Assembly: GCF_009914755.1 (NCBI RefSeq)
Contig: NC_060946.1
Reading direction: 5' to 3' (one strand)
DNA length: 64,000 nt
Source of the DNA: the human T2T-CHM13v2.0 reference genome, Homo sapiens
Positions 46,207-61,699 of the stretch are shown in pieces. The stretch's first letter is position 1. Every line of letters starts with the position of its first letter. Under the pieces are notes generated by a model, which was not told the DNA's origin, ran no database searches, and worked only from the letters and a program-made list of their open reading frames with translations. A program made the position numbers and the translations under genes.

Positions 46207-47133
46207 TTATTGTGTAAAATGAGTAAAAGTCTATAAGAAAAACTTTGAAAAGTATTAAGTAATACACATGTGTATGTGTGCGTGTGTATACATATATATA
46301 TATAATATATATACACATATGCAATGGAGTAATGAAAATACTATATAATAAATATAAAATGGATTAAAACTATATAAAATAGATGCATGAAATGGCTACA
46401 TAGATATGGATGTTTGCATATAGGCACATTTAGCTGGATTAAGTTAGATTTAAATGGTCCAATAGAGAACTGTGCATACAATTACATAGGCAACCACAAA
46501 TCAACCCTTTCTCTGGGCTATCTAAAATAATCAGGTACTAGACCAAAAAATGACATGCTGTCTGCCTTACCTTTTAGTGATGATTTGTAGGAAGAGGAAG
46601 GTAGGGGCTGGTGAGTGGAAAAGTAGTAGAGTTTGTGAGGGAATGTTCTGTATGTCTGAAGACAAAGTCTGGAGATTGGTGGGCCAGAAGGTGTGAATCT
46701 ACTCTGAAGGACAGGCAAGAGTCCAGCCCAGGGAAAAAGGTGCAGATGGGTAGGATTTGGGTGGGTACTTGAATTAAAAAAATGAATTTGTGAGGCAATA
46801 TTGCTGGAGTCAAAACCAAAAAATCAAATTGACCAGGGCAAAAAATAGCCTGGGGCCTAGCATGGCTCTGCTGCCACGTAGGATGACTGGACCTCTTTCC
46901 AGGTTCGTGTTAACAGTCCATACTACTTATGGTATACGTGAAATGCTTTCTATTCATTCAAGCAACCTTACTAAAAACACCCCATGAAAATAAAAGTCTA
47001 TATCTTCCCTTCAATATACATTCATATGTGCTTATTTTAAGCATATATCTACCAATTTGAGTTTGGCATTCTTTTTCATTTAATATTATTACCTATTCAG
47101 CTTCCAACATTATCACTTCCTTACTACACACAT

Positions 47134-47540
47134 TTGTTTCCTAGGACTGCTGTTAACAAATTGCCACAAATGTATGGCTTAAAACAACAGAAATTTATTA
47201 TCTCACAGCTCTGAAGGCCAGAAGTCAGCCAAAGCCTCTGCCTCTGAAGGCTGTAGGCAAGATTCCTTCCTTGTTTCTTCCAGCTTCTGCTGGCTCTAAG
47301 TGTTCCCTGGCCTGCGACAGCATCACTCCAATCCCTGCCTCAGTCTTCGCTTGACCTTCTTCGTACCTCTGTATCTTCTCTGCCAAGGATGCATGTCACT
47401 GAATTTAAGAGCCACCCTAATCCAGGATGATCTCATCTTGAGGTCCTCAATTACATCAAGATCCTTATTCCAAATAATGTCACATTCTGAGATTTTAGGC
47501 AAACATATCTTTGGGGGGCCAAAATTCAATCCCCTAATCC
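47134..47540 (-). mobile_element. MLT1-type MaLR LTR
   Basis: ggcttaaaacaacagaaatttatt..ctcacag..ccctaatccaggatgatctcatcttgag motifs. Confidence 0.8.
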
Positions 47541-47582
47541 ATGTTAGTAACCATGCAGTGTTCCTTCTTATTTCTATGTTGA

Positions 47583-47913
<331 letters not shown>

Positions 47914-48959
47914 TAAAAAATAATAATAATAATAATAAAAAATAAAAGATGATACTTGCAAAATACCTCAAGTGTACCTCATTTACCTCAAATATACCTC
48001 ATGGTCCGAAAGTATTTAGTCAGCAACGTACCATTATAGAAAAACACATAGCTTGTGGCTCCAACTTTAAAACCAGAATAACCAAGTGAAAAGTCAGTAC
48101 AGATTCTCACTTCTACTTAAAAAATCAAAGGTACACATTGGGAATTGAACAGCTATGTTTTTTCTTCTTTCTAGAGATGTGACATACATATTTTCTGGTC
48201 AGTAATATTCTACCAATGGTATTAATTCAAAGCAGGTAGATGACCAGCGATGCTGTTTACTACATCCTACGCATGCTGAGATAGATGAGTGGGACACCAT
48301 CTCGGTAGGAAAGAGTTTGACAGGAAGAAGAAACTGCAGAGTCCCTGCCTGTCCCAGAGAACCTAACAAACTGATCTATATGGAAAGGATTTTCAGCAAA
48401 CATGCACAAACACAGTTAATATGCTGGAAGAAGAGGATAGCTTTTAGTCTATTTCCAGCACACGGCCTACACTCACTGGTACCCCATACAACAGGAATGA
48501 ATGCCGACTTAGCATTTTTGCCTTCACAGCGCTGGCAACTAAAAGGCTCACAGATACTCTGATCTTTAAGCAGATAATCATGGAATTCTCAACATCATAT
48601 CCACTAGGTTAGGCTGAGGGTTCATCTATAAAAGTATTTTTCCAAAAATAATGCTTAAAAGAGACTTCTAGAAACAGTGGGACTGTATCAGGATCAACAG
48701 AAGACTTCTTGACCCAAAGATTCAAATATAGAACTAGGAATTGATTTTCACATGTAGTTTTTAGGTAAAGGACATCTCTTTCAGTTGATTCCTACAGCCA
48801 AGACTAGCTTTGATCCTGGGAGATTCAGAAACCTCAAGATGGGTAGCTGGCTTGAGTAACATCCTAGATAATAGTCCCAGTCAAAAACCCCATTGAGGTT
48901 GAAGGACTGGAAACTGACCTGTGTGAAAAAGAGCTATCAGTGCAGGAAAAGACTCATGC

Positions 48960-49609
48960 TGATTTTGACCTTCCTCTGGCCCTTTTCCCTCAACTGCTTG
49001 GTGGGGAGTAGCGAGGAGAAGGAGCATGTGGCACCCTCATTGGAGGCTGGAGCACTGCTGCAGAAAGTGATCTCTTACTCATACTTCAAGACACAGCCTA
49101 AGTATGACCACCTGTATGGACCCTTCCCTAATGCCCAGGATCAAGAAAAGAATGTGGCCACCTTCCAAGGCTCAGAGTAGCTGTGCAATGACCTGTGTCA
49201 AAACCCGATCCAGAGCAGCAGTGATGAAATCACCCTCTCCTTTAAGACCTGGCATTACAATGGCCTCATCCTGCATGTGGGCAAGTCAGCTCTCTGATGG
49301 ATGGTGCAATTTCCTTGGTCATTAACCTGAGGTCTGGGGCCTTTAAAGCTATTGAGGAGCCAGTGAATGGAGAATTCGACAACGCCTGGCATGATTGAGG
49401 GTGACACATCACGGCAGATGATGGCTGAGGAGACATTGCCCAGAAGTCTCATCTTAGGTGGTTGAGTAGGAAGTTTGTGAAGCAGGTGGTGGGTGAGATG
49501 GAGTGGGTAGAGATTCAGGTATGGAGATGTCAGTGTCTAACTTTCTTCTAGTCTTTGCAATTTCACAAGGAAAATCACTAAAATGTGCGTCTCTTCATTT
49601 AAAAGAAAA
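48960..49609 (+). pseudogene. Retroposed neurexin (NRXN3-like) LNS2 exon fragment nested in the ARL2BP pseudogene
   Basis: 49139-49417 reads [83 protein letters not shown]-tail at 49601-49613; TSD AAAAG(AC/T)TCATGC. Confidence 0.9.
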
Positions 49610-50330
49610 AAAAGTTCATGCCAAAGCTGCTGGGACAAAGAGGACTCATGATAGTGGGTTATTCCACACTGTTGACACACTGAATGTATGCTGGCAGAAG
49701 GGCCTCAGGTGGAATGCTGGGCATGGGTTTGCCCCACAGCAGTCTGATTCAAAAGCACCTGAGAGATGGGAGGAGTACTAGGGTTACTAAACACAAGAAG
49801 GTGTTTCAGGAGAAACACATCAAGCCATTTGTTTTTGACCCTTAATACTTAACATGAATGATGAGTTGCAGAACAGTCAGTCTTTCCAAGATGTATTGTT
49901 CTATCCTCAATAGCTGCAGCCTCTCCAAGCCAGTGGGCTGGTGACATCCAGGATGATCCTCTTCCTTGCCTGGAGGTGGGATCTAGTGCCACAGCTTGTT
50001 CGGGGAAGCTGGCATAGAAGATGATTTGCTCAACAAAGTCACCGCTAAACTATCGCTTAGGTCTAGTCCCCGGCCTATGGCACCAAGTACTCCTGGTAGT
50101 ACTTGTACACAGAATTTCTCTATAATAACCAGAACATGTCATCCATGGTAATGTCTGCTACATATCCAACCACAGCATCAAATTCTGTCTGATGAAGGGC
50201 ACCAGCCCCTTCATCTTTATCATGCCTAATATTGTGAAGGCCATGTGCTAAATCCAGCAATCCGCTCCAGTAGGTGTCCTTCAGGATACTTTTCTGTCAA
50301 GTAAATACATTTATTAAAAATAGGCATGTA

Positions 50331-50985
<655 letters not shown>

Positions 50986-51715
50986 AAGCAGGCATGTAGG
51001 TGAGTTGATTTTCTTCCATGTCTTCAAACTCCTGGTAATACTTGTCCACAAAATTTCTCTATAATAACCGGAACATGTCATCCATGATAATGTGTACTAT
51101 ATATCCAACCACAACATCAAATTCTGTATCAGAGGCAGAAGAGAAGGACAGCATGAAGCTCGATTCCTCCAACTGTCCTTTGGCTGGTGGCCCTCCACCC
51201 TGCCCACAGCCCGGCCAGCTCAGCCCCGTCTCTGTCCCATACAGAGCCACAGCCACAGTGAGAGCCTGGCAGCCTGCCCGGAGGAGGCTTCTTGGCCCAG
51301 CCCGGTCAACACCCACATGCACCACCACCAACTTTTTGCTATTGTGAATAACATAGCTGTAAACAGATTGCATATGAAAGTGCTGTGAAATCACCAAGGG
51401 CTGAGTAGAACAGTTAAGACGATAGTAGTTGTTTTCTTTCTGGGTTTTTCTCTTGGGCTGGTTTTTGAAAGTGGATCTACAACATTGATAGAGATCAGTT
51501 TTTCTGCTCTTCCAACATACTGCCAGGACGTGGTCCAGAAAGATTGGGTACTTTGCAATACTCATAGCAATATGTGAAGTGATTGGAAAAAATGAGACTA
51601 TTCAACCAGTTGTTTCAGTGTTGGTTAGGAGGGAAATGCCCAGAAAGGGGAACAGTTAATCATCTACACAATACCAAGAGCAGGAGGGGATGACCGACGG
51701 CTTCATCTTTCCTAG

Positions 51716-51853
<138 letters not shown>

Positions 51854-53282
51854 TGAGTAGCTGGGATTACAGGCATGCACCACCACGCCTGGCTAATTTT
51901 TGTATTTTTAGTAGAGACGGGGTTTCTCCATGTTGGTCTGGCTGGTCTCGAACTCCCAACCTCAGGTGGTCCACCTGCCTCAGCCTTCCAAAGCGTTGGG
52001 ATTACAGGCATGAGCCATCGCACCCGGCTCTTTAGGTGTTCTTTTAGGAGCTGGTAGCGGAGGAAGGTGGTTACCCATCTGTGACAGAGCCTTGGATGTC
52101 ACGAGGCCACAGGCTGGCCTTTCCTCCTGTTTACAGGAGGTGAGTTTTCCTGAGTTCCCAGCCTCAGTGTTCTCTGCACAGTCTGTCACTGACTCCCGCT
52201 CCCAGTGCTCACTGCCTCTTGTTCTCACTGCCTCCTGTTCTCACTGCCTCCTGTTTCTGCTGAGTTCTTTGCATCTGCCTGATGTTGGTTTAAAGCTCCA
52301 CCCCTCCCAGGGGAATTTGTCCCATGATTCACCTCCTCTTTGGTGATCTCTTGATTGCGGCTGCTGCAGCCATGTAAACCTTAAAGGCGAGCCAATTTGT
52401 TTGTGATCCAGTGGCCAAAATGGTTCACCCTCAACTTCCCTTAATCCCCTGCAGCATCTGAGACACATGGGTGAATGTATGTAAGGTACTTGGGGCTAAC
52501 CAAAGTTAAATACATATGACAAGTACCTGAATCTAGATAATCTAATGGTAAGATATCGTTTGCTCTCTGGACTTCATGGGCTCACCCCAGCAATGGGGTG
52601 CCTGGAAATGAAGAGATCTTTCTTGTGTCTCATCCTCTGGGCTCCCAGCCTCCCTCAACATCATGACCTCCATCTGTAACACCCACCATCCTGGAGCAGC
52701 ATCCTGGATATTGGAACTCTGAAGTCTAACCTAAGAGAACAAGGACAAGCCTCTCTATGAAAGGTTTGCCCTTCCAGATCCAGTTGAGCTCTGCTCTGGA
52801 GCCAGACTCTCTGAAGCATAGCCCAGCTCTAGCTCTTACCAGTTATGTGATCAGGAATGAGAGTTAATGTTTCTATGTTTCTGATTCTTCATTTGTAAAA
52901 TGAGGATAATAAAAATTTAACTTCAGAGGTTTGTTGTGAGGAATAAAAGCCATTAGCACAGTGTTTGGCATATAGAAAGTGCTCAGTGTTGGGGAATATT
53001 GAACAGATAATGAATATCGCCAAGAGCCTGGGTGATTGATAGAAATTATCTTACCTCCTGCTCTAATGAATGTGGCTCAACTATTTAGGCCATAACTGTA
53101 ATTATATTTGGTTATATGGCCCCACAGCATTAAAATTCATACAAGAAGAACTTCACTCACACATAGTAACTGGAATGCAGTAGATGTGGATAATTTCTTT
53201 AAAAAGCCTAAATCATATGGGTGGTTGTTTTTTCATAAACAGCCTAGGCTTAACTTCAGTTTCTCATCTACAAAAAGGGGAC

Positions 53283-55319
53283 TGTACTAGGGTTCTCCAG
53301 AGAAACAGAACCAATAGGTGGTATCTTGAGAGTTATAAGGAATTGGCTCATGCAATTATAGGGGCTGGGAAACCCAGGACCTGCAGTGGTTATGCTGGAG
53401 ACCCAGAAGAGCTGAAGATGTGGTTCCAGTCTGTCTGAAGCCTGAGACCCAGGAGAGCTGAAGACATAGTTCCAGTCTGAGTCTGAAGCCTGGGACCCAT
53501 GAGAGCTGAAGACGTGGTCCCAGTCTGAGTCTGAAGCCTGAGACCCAGGAGAGCTGAAGACGTGGTTCCAGTCTGAGTCTGAAGCCTGAGATCCAGGAGA
53601 GCTAAGGACATGGTTCTAGTCTGAGTCTGAAGCCTGAGACCCAGGAGAGCTGATGGTGTGGTTCCAGTCTGAGTCTGAAGCCTGAGACCCAGGAGAGCTG
53701 AATACGTAGTTCCAGTCTGAGTCTGAAGCCTGAGTTCCAGGAGAGCTGAGGACATGGTTCCAGTCTGAATCTGAAGCCCGAGACCCAGGAGAGCTGATGG
53801 TGTGGTTCCAGTCTGAGTCTGAAGCCTGAGACCCACGAGAGCTGAAGACGTGGTTCCAGTCTGAGTCTGAAGCCTGAGACCCACGAGAGCTGAAGACGTG
53901 GTTCCAGTCTGAGTCTGAAGCCTGAGACCCACGAGAGCTGAAGACGTGGTTCCAGTCTGAGTCTGAAGCCTGAGACCCACGAGAGCTGAAGATGTGGTTT
54001 CAGTCTGTCTGAAGCCTGAGACCCAGCAGAGCTGAAGACGTAGTTCCAGTCTGAGTCTGAAGCCTGAGACCCAGGAGAGCTGAAGACGTGGTTCCAGTCT
54101 GAGTCTGAAGCCTGAGATCCAGGAGAGCTAAGGACATGGTTCTAGTCTGAGTCTGAAGCCTGAGACCCAGGAGAGCTGATGGTGTGGTTCCAGTCTGAGT
54201 CTGAAGCCTGAGACCCAGGAGAGCTGAATACGTAGTTCCAGTCTGAGTCTGAAGCCTGAGTTCCAGGAGAGCTGAGGACATGGTTCCAGTCTGAATCTGA
54301 AGCCCGAGACCCAGGAGAGCTGATGGTGTGGTTCCAGTCTGAGTCTGAAGCCTGAGACCCACGAGAGCTGAAGACGTGGTTCCAGTCTGAGTCTGAAGCC
54401 TGAGACCCACGAGAGCTGAAGACGTGGTTCCAGTCTGAGTCTGAAGCCTGAGACCCACGAGAGCTGAAGACGTGGTTCCAGTCTGAGTCTGAAGCCTGAG
54501 ACCCAGGAGAGCTGAAGATGTGGTTTCAGTCTGTCTGAAGCCTGAGACCCAGCAGAGCTGAAGACGTAGTTCCAGTCTGAGTCTGAAGCCTGAGACCCAG
54601 GAGAGCTGAAGATGTGGTTTCAGTCTGTCTGAAGCCTGAGACCCAGGAGAGCTGATGGTGTGGTTCCAGTCTGAGTCTGAAGTCTGAGACCCAGGAGAGC
54701 TGAAGATGTGGTTTCAGTCTGTCTGAAGCCTGAGACCCAGGAGAGCTGATGGTGTGGTTCCAGTCTGAGTCTGAAGTCTGAGACCCAGGAGAGCTGAAGA
54801 TGTGGTTCCAGTCTGAGTCTGAAGCCTGAGACCCAGCAGAGCTGAAGACATGGTTCCAGTCTGAGTCTGAAGCCTGAGACCCAGGAGAGCTGAAGATGTG
54901 GTTTCAGTCTGTCTGAAGCTTGAGACCCAGGGGAGCTGAAGGTGTAGTTCCAGTCTGAGTCTGAAGCCTGAGACCCAGGAGAAGTGAAGACGTGGTTTCA
55001 GTCTGAGTCAAGGCCTGAGAACCAGGAGAGCTGCTGGTGAAAGTTCTAGTGCAAGGGCAGAAGACCAATGTCCTACCTAGCTCAACAGTCAGGCAGGCAG
55101 AAGTTCCCTGTTTCTCAGCCTTTTTGTTCTATTCTGTTCTTCAGTTGGTTGGATGAGGCCCCTGCACATTAAGGAGGGCCATCTGCTTTTCATGGTCTAC
55201 TGATTCATGTGTTTATCTCCCAGAAACACCCTCACAAACACACCCAGAATAATGTTCGACCAATGAATGTTGGGTACTTTGTGGCCAAGTCAAGTTGACA
55301 CATAAAATTAAACATCACA
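53283..55319 (-). mobile_element. MLT2 (ERVL) LTR expanded by an internal VNTR
   Basis: agggttctccagagaaacagaaccaatagg ... gtcaagttgacacataaaattaaacatcaca termini. Confidence 0.85.
53398..55035. repeat. 48-bp VNTR, about 34 units (some 46 bp)
   Basis: Unit GAGCTGAAGACGTGGTTCCAGTCTGAGTCTGAAGCCTGAGACCCAGGA. Confidence 0.97.
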
Positions 55320-55427
55320 GGGACTTAAAAACATGTCCTTTCCCCTTTCCAAACTTATACCCAGGGAGGAAAGCATACAGCAGGGTGAGATGGGGGATCC
55401 AGGATGCCACAAATCAAATAATTTTAA

Positions 55428-57235
<1,808 letters not shown>

Positions 57236-58149
57236 CTATGGAAGAAGTAATAGAATATGCTATGGGAGAGTTTGGAAGAGAAATACACATAGAGTTATAC
57301 TAATAACCAAAATCCTTTATTGACCATTTATCATGTGCTTGGCACAATTAGCTTAATCCTGAGTCTTAATTGTCAGGATCTTACATTATAAGATAGACAA
57401 AAATTCAACGCATGCTTTACTAAGTACCGTTTGTATCAGTGGGTAAAGCACTGTGTTTGGTACTCTCTCAAATGCAAAGATGATTACGACACATGTACTA
57501 TCGTTTATGAATGGGTGGCCAACAGAACAGATTGCCGCATAGGTAAGCAGAAATCTGCTCTCATTCTCTATTGGCCACAAGCAGGCATGTCTTAGGAGCA
57601 GAAGGGTAGGAAGATCTCTAACTGTGCTTGGAAACTTGGGGAGTTACCACGTCTGGCTAAAGTGGTATTGTCTTAAGGAAAACCTATGAATTTGCCTGCG
57701 TTGGCTTGGTGCTGAGGAAAGTGGAAGAGAGAGGCTGGGGTACACCTTTCAACATGAATGGAACTGACCACTGGAGGGAAAGAACAAGAAACAGCAGTGA
57801 GAACAAGGAACAAAGACCATCCAGCCCATCACCCACCTGGGGGGAAGTGAGGGGAGATGGGCAGGGTGACAACGTGGCCAACATCTAAAGTGTGAAGAGG
57901 GGCTTTTACCAAGTGCCCACCCCTTCCCGAGCAGGGGGCAACCAACAGCATCTGGCGGGTCTTACTACTGGGCAGAGGCAGGGGAACCCTGGTATGAGTT
58001 CTGGATTACATAGGAGATGTGACTTGGACACGTTTGGGGCTTAAAAGTAGGAAGGGATCAAGGGGGGAGATTTGAAAATCCCGGTGGAGGTGCGAGGTAT
58101 CCGGGGAGAGGGTAAAAACGGGAACAGTCTTCAGCACCTGCCTGTACCA

Positions 58150-59500
58150 GGAGCTCTGTGTATGCCATCTCATTTCCGTCTCCAGCAACCAGGCGGGCCT
58201 TGGCGGCAGGAGGCACAGGCTTTGGGAGCAGAGGCCCTGCAGCTTGCCAAGCACACACGGCCCTAGGGCGCCCAGCTGAGACGGCACCTTGGCACCCGGG
58301 CCCGCTGCAGCCCGCTCCGGTCAGCTGCACCCCAGTCAGGAGCCTTTCCAGCGGGTCGGAGGAGAACGGAAGTTTGGGGAGACCCGCGCGATTCGCCTGG
58401 CTGCATTTTACATTTCTTTCTCCGGCAGCTGGGGTCACGAAGGCTGCTCTCGCCGGCGGTGTTGGAACGTGGACACGTGCGCTTTGGTAATAGGGCAGCC
58501 TCCCCCGCGGGCGCAGTCCCCGCTGCGAGCGCCCCCGGCTGCTGAGGCGGGACCGAGGACCCGGAGATTTGAGCCGCGGGTGGGCGGGGAGGGGCCTTTG
58601 TGACCTGCCCGCCCCTCCCCGGCACTGTGATGCCGGGGGGCAGCTGCGGGCCCGGCGCGCCTGTCCCCGGCGTCCCCCCCTCCCGGTGTGTCACAACGGC
58701 GGAGGCGGCTGTATCTGGAGCAGTCGGGGCGGGCAGGCCCAGCTGAGAGGTGCGCGGGCGAGGACAGCGGCAGCGATGGTGAGGCTTCCCGGGGCCAGGC
58801 GGGCTGCGGGCGCGCGGCAGGCGTAGGACCGAGAGCCGAGTCTACGCGGAGGCGCACGGACCCGTCTTCCTGGAGCCGCAGGGCTCAAGGCCTTCTGGGG
58901 GTGGCAGTTCAGGGTCGAGGAGTCCGCACCCTCGGGCGGGAACACCCGGTGCCCTTTATCGTATGGGGGAAATAGAGACCAGGGGCCAGTTGTTCCTTAA
59001 AGGGACCTAAGGGAGCTTTGCGTGCAGACGAGGGGGAGGGAGGCCCTGGGGAGCCCGACGGAGAAGGGGGCGAGATTCTGGGGTCCCCAGATGGGCAGCC
59101 TGTGGACAGAGTGGAGAGAAGGGCGAGTCCGGGGATTCTGGATGGGTGGTCTGGGCCGGGGCGACTGGGGGGCCAGATGCAGTCACGTCTCCGAACCCAG
59201 CCTAATGTGACAGGGCCCGGAATGTGACAGAGGACCTAGGGCGCCACGGTCCCCCCACGCGTGGAGGTCTTTCTCGCAAGCCTGGCCAGCGGCTTGGGTT
59301 TGCTGCACGCACAGCCCCAGCGCGGCGGGGTCCTCCGGGCGCACTCAGCAGCTCCCAAGTCTTTCCAGCGGTCAGAGTCGAAGGACTTTGGGAGTAAGAA
59401 GTCTCTGCTTCCAAAGGCCAGGGGACCTTCGACCTGTTTCCTACCCTGGCTTAGGGGGATCGCGGCTGCTCCCTTCCCTGCCCCCGCCCCTGGATCTTAC
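58150..59500. promoter_or_regulatory. TUBA8: CpG island/promoter of TUBA8, with GC boxes and a G4 motif at 58578-58594
   Basis: CpG-rich; GGGCGG boxes. Confidence 0.85.
58776..58778 (+). CDS. TUBA8: TUBA8 exon 1 coding part: ATG only, then intron 1 (GTGAGG) running past the window end
   Basis: GCAGCG-ATG|GTGAGG in a CpG island. Vertebrate alpha-tubulin genes have intron 1 directly after the start codon, and TUBA8 is the known downstream neighbour of PEX26. No tubulin protein sequence is visible in the window. Confidence 0.85.
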
Positions 59501-61699
59501 TGAGGGGCGGCTGCAAACACTCAGTTCCTCTTTCTAGGGTCCCCCTCTCCGCCCCCAGTGCCCCTGGTGGTTAACATTTGCCCCCAGTCCACTTTCCCAA
59601 AGCCCAGAATCCCAGGAATCCCTCCTGGACCCCTGATCTTTCAGCAGTAGGGAGATGGGCTGGAAAGATTGGGGGCAGAGTGAGGGCAGAATAAGCCTAT
59701 GTCATGGCCAAGGTCGGGTTCCCTGGGCAGGCTTGCTCCAGGTGTCAGTGATCCAGAAAGCAGGCGAGAACCCCCTCCGCCCCGCCCTGTTACGTTTGGC
59801 CCGTGCCCAGGGCCTCCTGGCTCCCCCGGAGCTCTAGCCTTCCAGCTTCAGTTTTGTCAGCACCCTCCCTCCTCCTAGCGGGCTCCCAGACACCCCTGGG
59901 AACTGAAAGAACTTGGGAATATTAGGGAGGGTGGCCACAGGAACCTATTTCTGCCTGAGGACCCTGGTATGAGGCCACACAAAGGGCCCGGAGCTGCCAG
60001 TTCAGAATTTTGACTCCTGGCTCTGCAGCTAGCTGTGTGACTTCAGGAAGGTCACTTAACCTCTCTGGATGTGTTTGTTTTACCTGCGAAATGAAGAGGG
60101 TTATAATTCAAATTTCCAAGACTCCACTTAGATTTCATTATTTTTAAACTTTTTATGGTAGGGAATTTCAAACATATGCAAACGGAGAGCAAATGGTATA
60201 ATTAGCGATTATATACATCATCTAAGTTCAATAATTACCAACTTCTGACCTGTCTCACTTCATTTATTCCCTCCCTCCATAATTTTGAAGCAAATGCTAG
60301 GCTGCATACTCTAGAATTGATATTTAATATTTATAATATCTAGCAGGTAGCTAGTGTTTTAGGATTTTCCAAGTGCTTCCCTTGCATGCTTTAATTTGGA
60401 TCTGAATGCCATTGTGGTACAGAGTGGAGCCCAGAGGATGTTTACAGGGGCGTGTCGAGGATCTTAACCCAGCCCTGTGCACAAGCTTGAATGTGTGATC
60501 CACAGACGTGTTTCTGACAATGCCTGGTAAATCAACAATTCAAACAGCAAAACTTTATTTTGAACGTGCTTAAGAATTTGGGTGTTTAGCTGAAAACCTA
60601 TGGTTAAATATTTTGAAATGCGACCACCTTTCATTTATTTTGAAACACTCAATTTTGTCTAGTAGGTTCTATCTAGAACATTTAACTTGTGTGCGTTGCA
60701 CTGTCTTGATGGCTAATATTTTTTGTTGAACATTTTACACTCACAGAAACTTTTAAAATATCATTTGGCTCATTTGTAAAAGGCTAAAATGACACATCTA
60801 TAAACCTAGACCCCTAGAATCTCACCCTTACAAAAATGACTGTATTTCTTCTAAGGATTAAGTTTCAGGCTGCTGTCCTGTCCCCTTCACTTCCCTCCCT
60901 GGTGGGGGTTTGGGGGAGGTGACCTTGGTGTTAAGGAGAATTCGATTTGGAATTTCTGTAGGCTCTGGGCAAGAAAAGTGTAACTAATCCTTAAGTGTAT
61001 TTTTAAATGCATTTCTCTAGCTGCTAGGCAGATGAGCATTTTTCCTCTGTGAACTTACCCCCAACCCCTTCTCCCCAGCTACCCACTGCACGGTACCACC
61101 AATACCCTTTAGCATTTCTGTCCTGGAGCCTAAAGTGACACAGCTGGTAAGAAGCTGCGTAGGGGCTGGAGTTTACATCTGCTGGGCACCAGAGCCTCTG
61201 TCCTGAGCCACCTGCCCGTGCTGGGACCGGCAGGCTACTCCCACAGCAGACCATTCCCATCCATTCCCAGTGTTCTAGCACGCAGCTCTCTGGGAACTCA
61301 GACTATGACACCTTTTTTGGGAAGTGGTATGGAGAATCCTGGCCAGGTGCCCTAAGCCAAGCCCATGCCAATGATACCAGGGCACAGAGAAGTTTTCTGT
61401 GGTTTATGGGGAGGTGGGAACATCTGCAACACGGCTTCTTTAACTCCATTCCGTTAGGACTGGAGAGCACGAAGGAGCCCGTCTCCCTGCAAAAATGGGC
61501 AGTTAGAGGGTTCTGGGGGCCAAATGGACACCCTTCTGCCTGCAGCCTTCTGCAGTCTCCCCATGTAGACAGGCATGGCCAAGCTCTGTGGAGTTGATAG
61601 GTGTATTCTGACCTCAGAGCACTGTGTGGGCTCCCAGGGGCTGCAGGTCACTGCTGCCTCCTCCTCCCCTCCCATCACAAAAGGCAGGTTTCCCGAGAA

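Noticed and set aside
51059-51565. 168-aa minus-strand ORF as a functional gene
   Set aside because: It reads from flanking DNA through the ARL2BP pseudogene 5'UTR and ends at a premature stop; the parental ATG appears mutated.
53390-54458. 196-aa and 152-aa minus-strand ORFs with 16-aa repeats, and the CRISPR-like look of the array
   Set aside because: By-product of a 48-bp stop-free VNTR with GTG starts, broken by 46-bp units. There are no unique spacers, so it is not a CRISPR array.
58006-59503. Many 60-143 aa ORFs at the TUBA8 CpG island
   Set aside because: GC-rich, low-complexity Pro/Ala/Arg/Gly frames.
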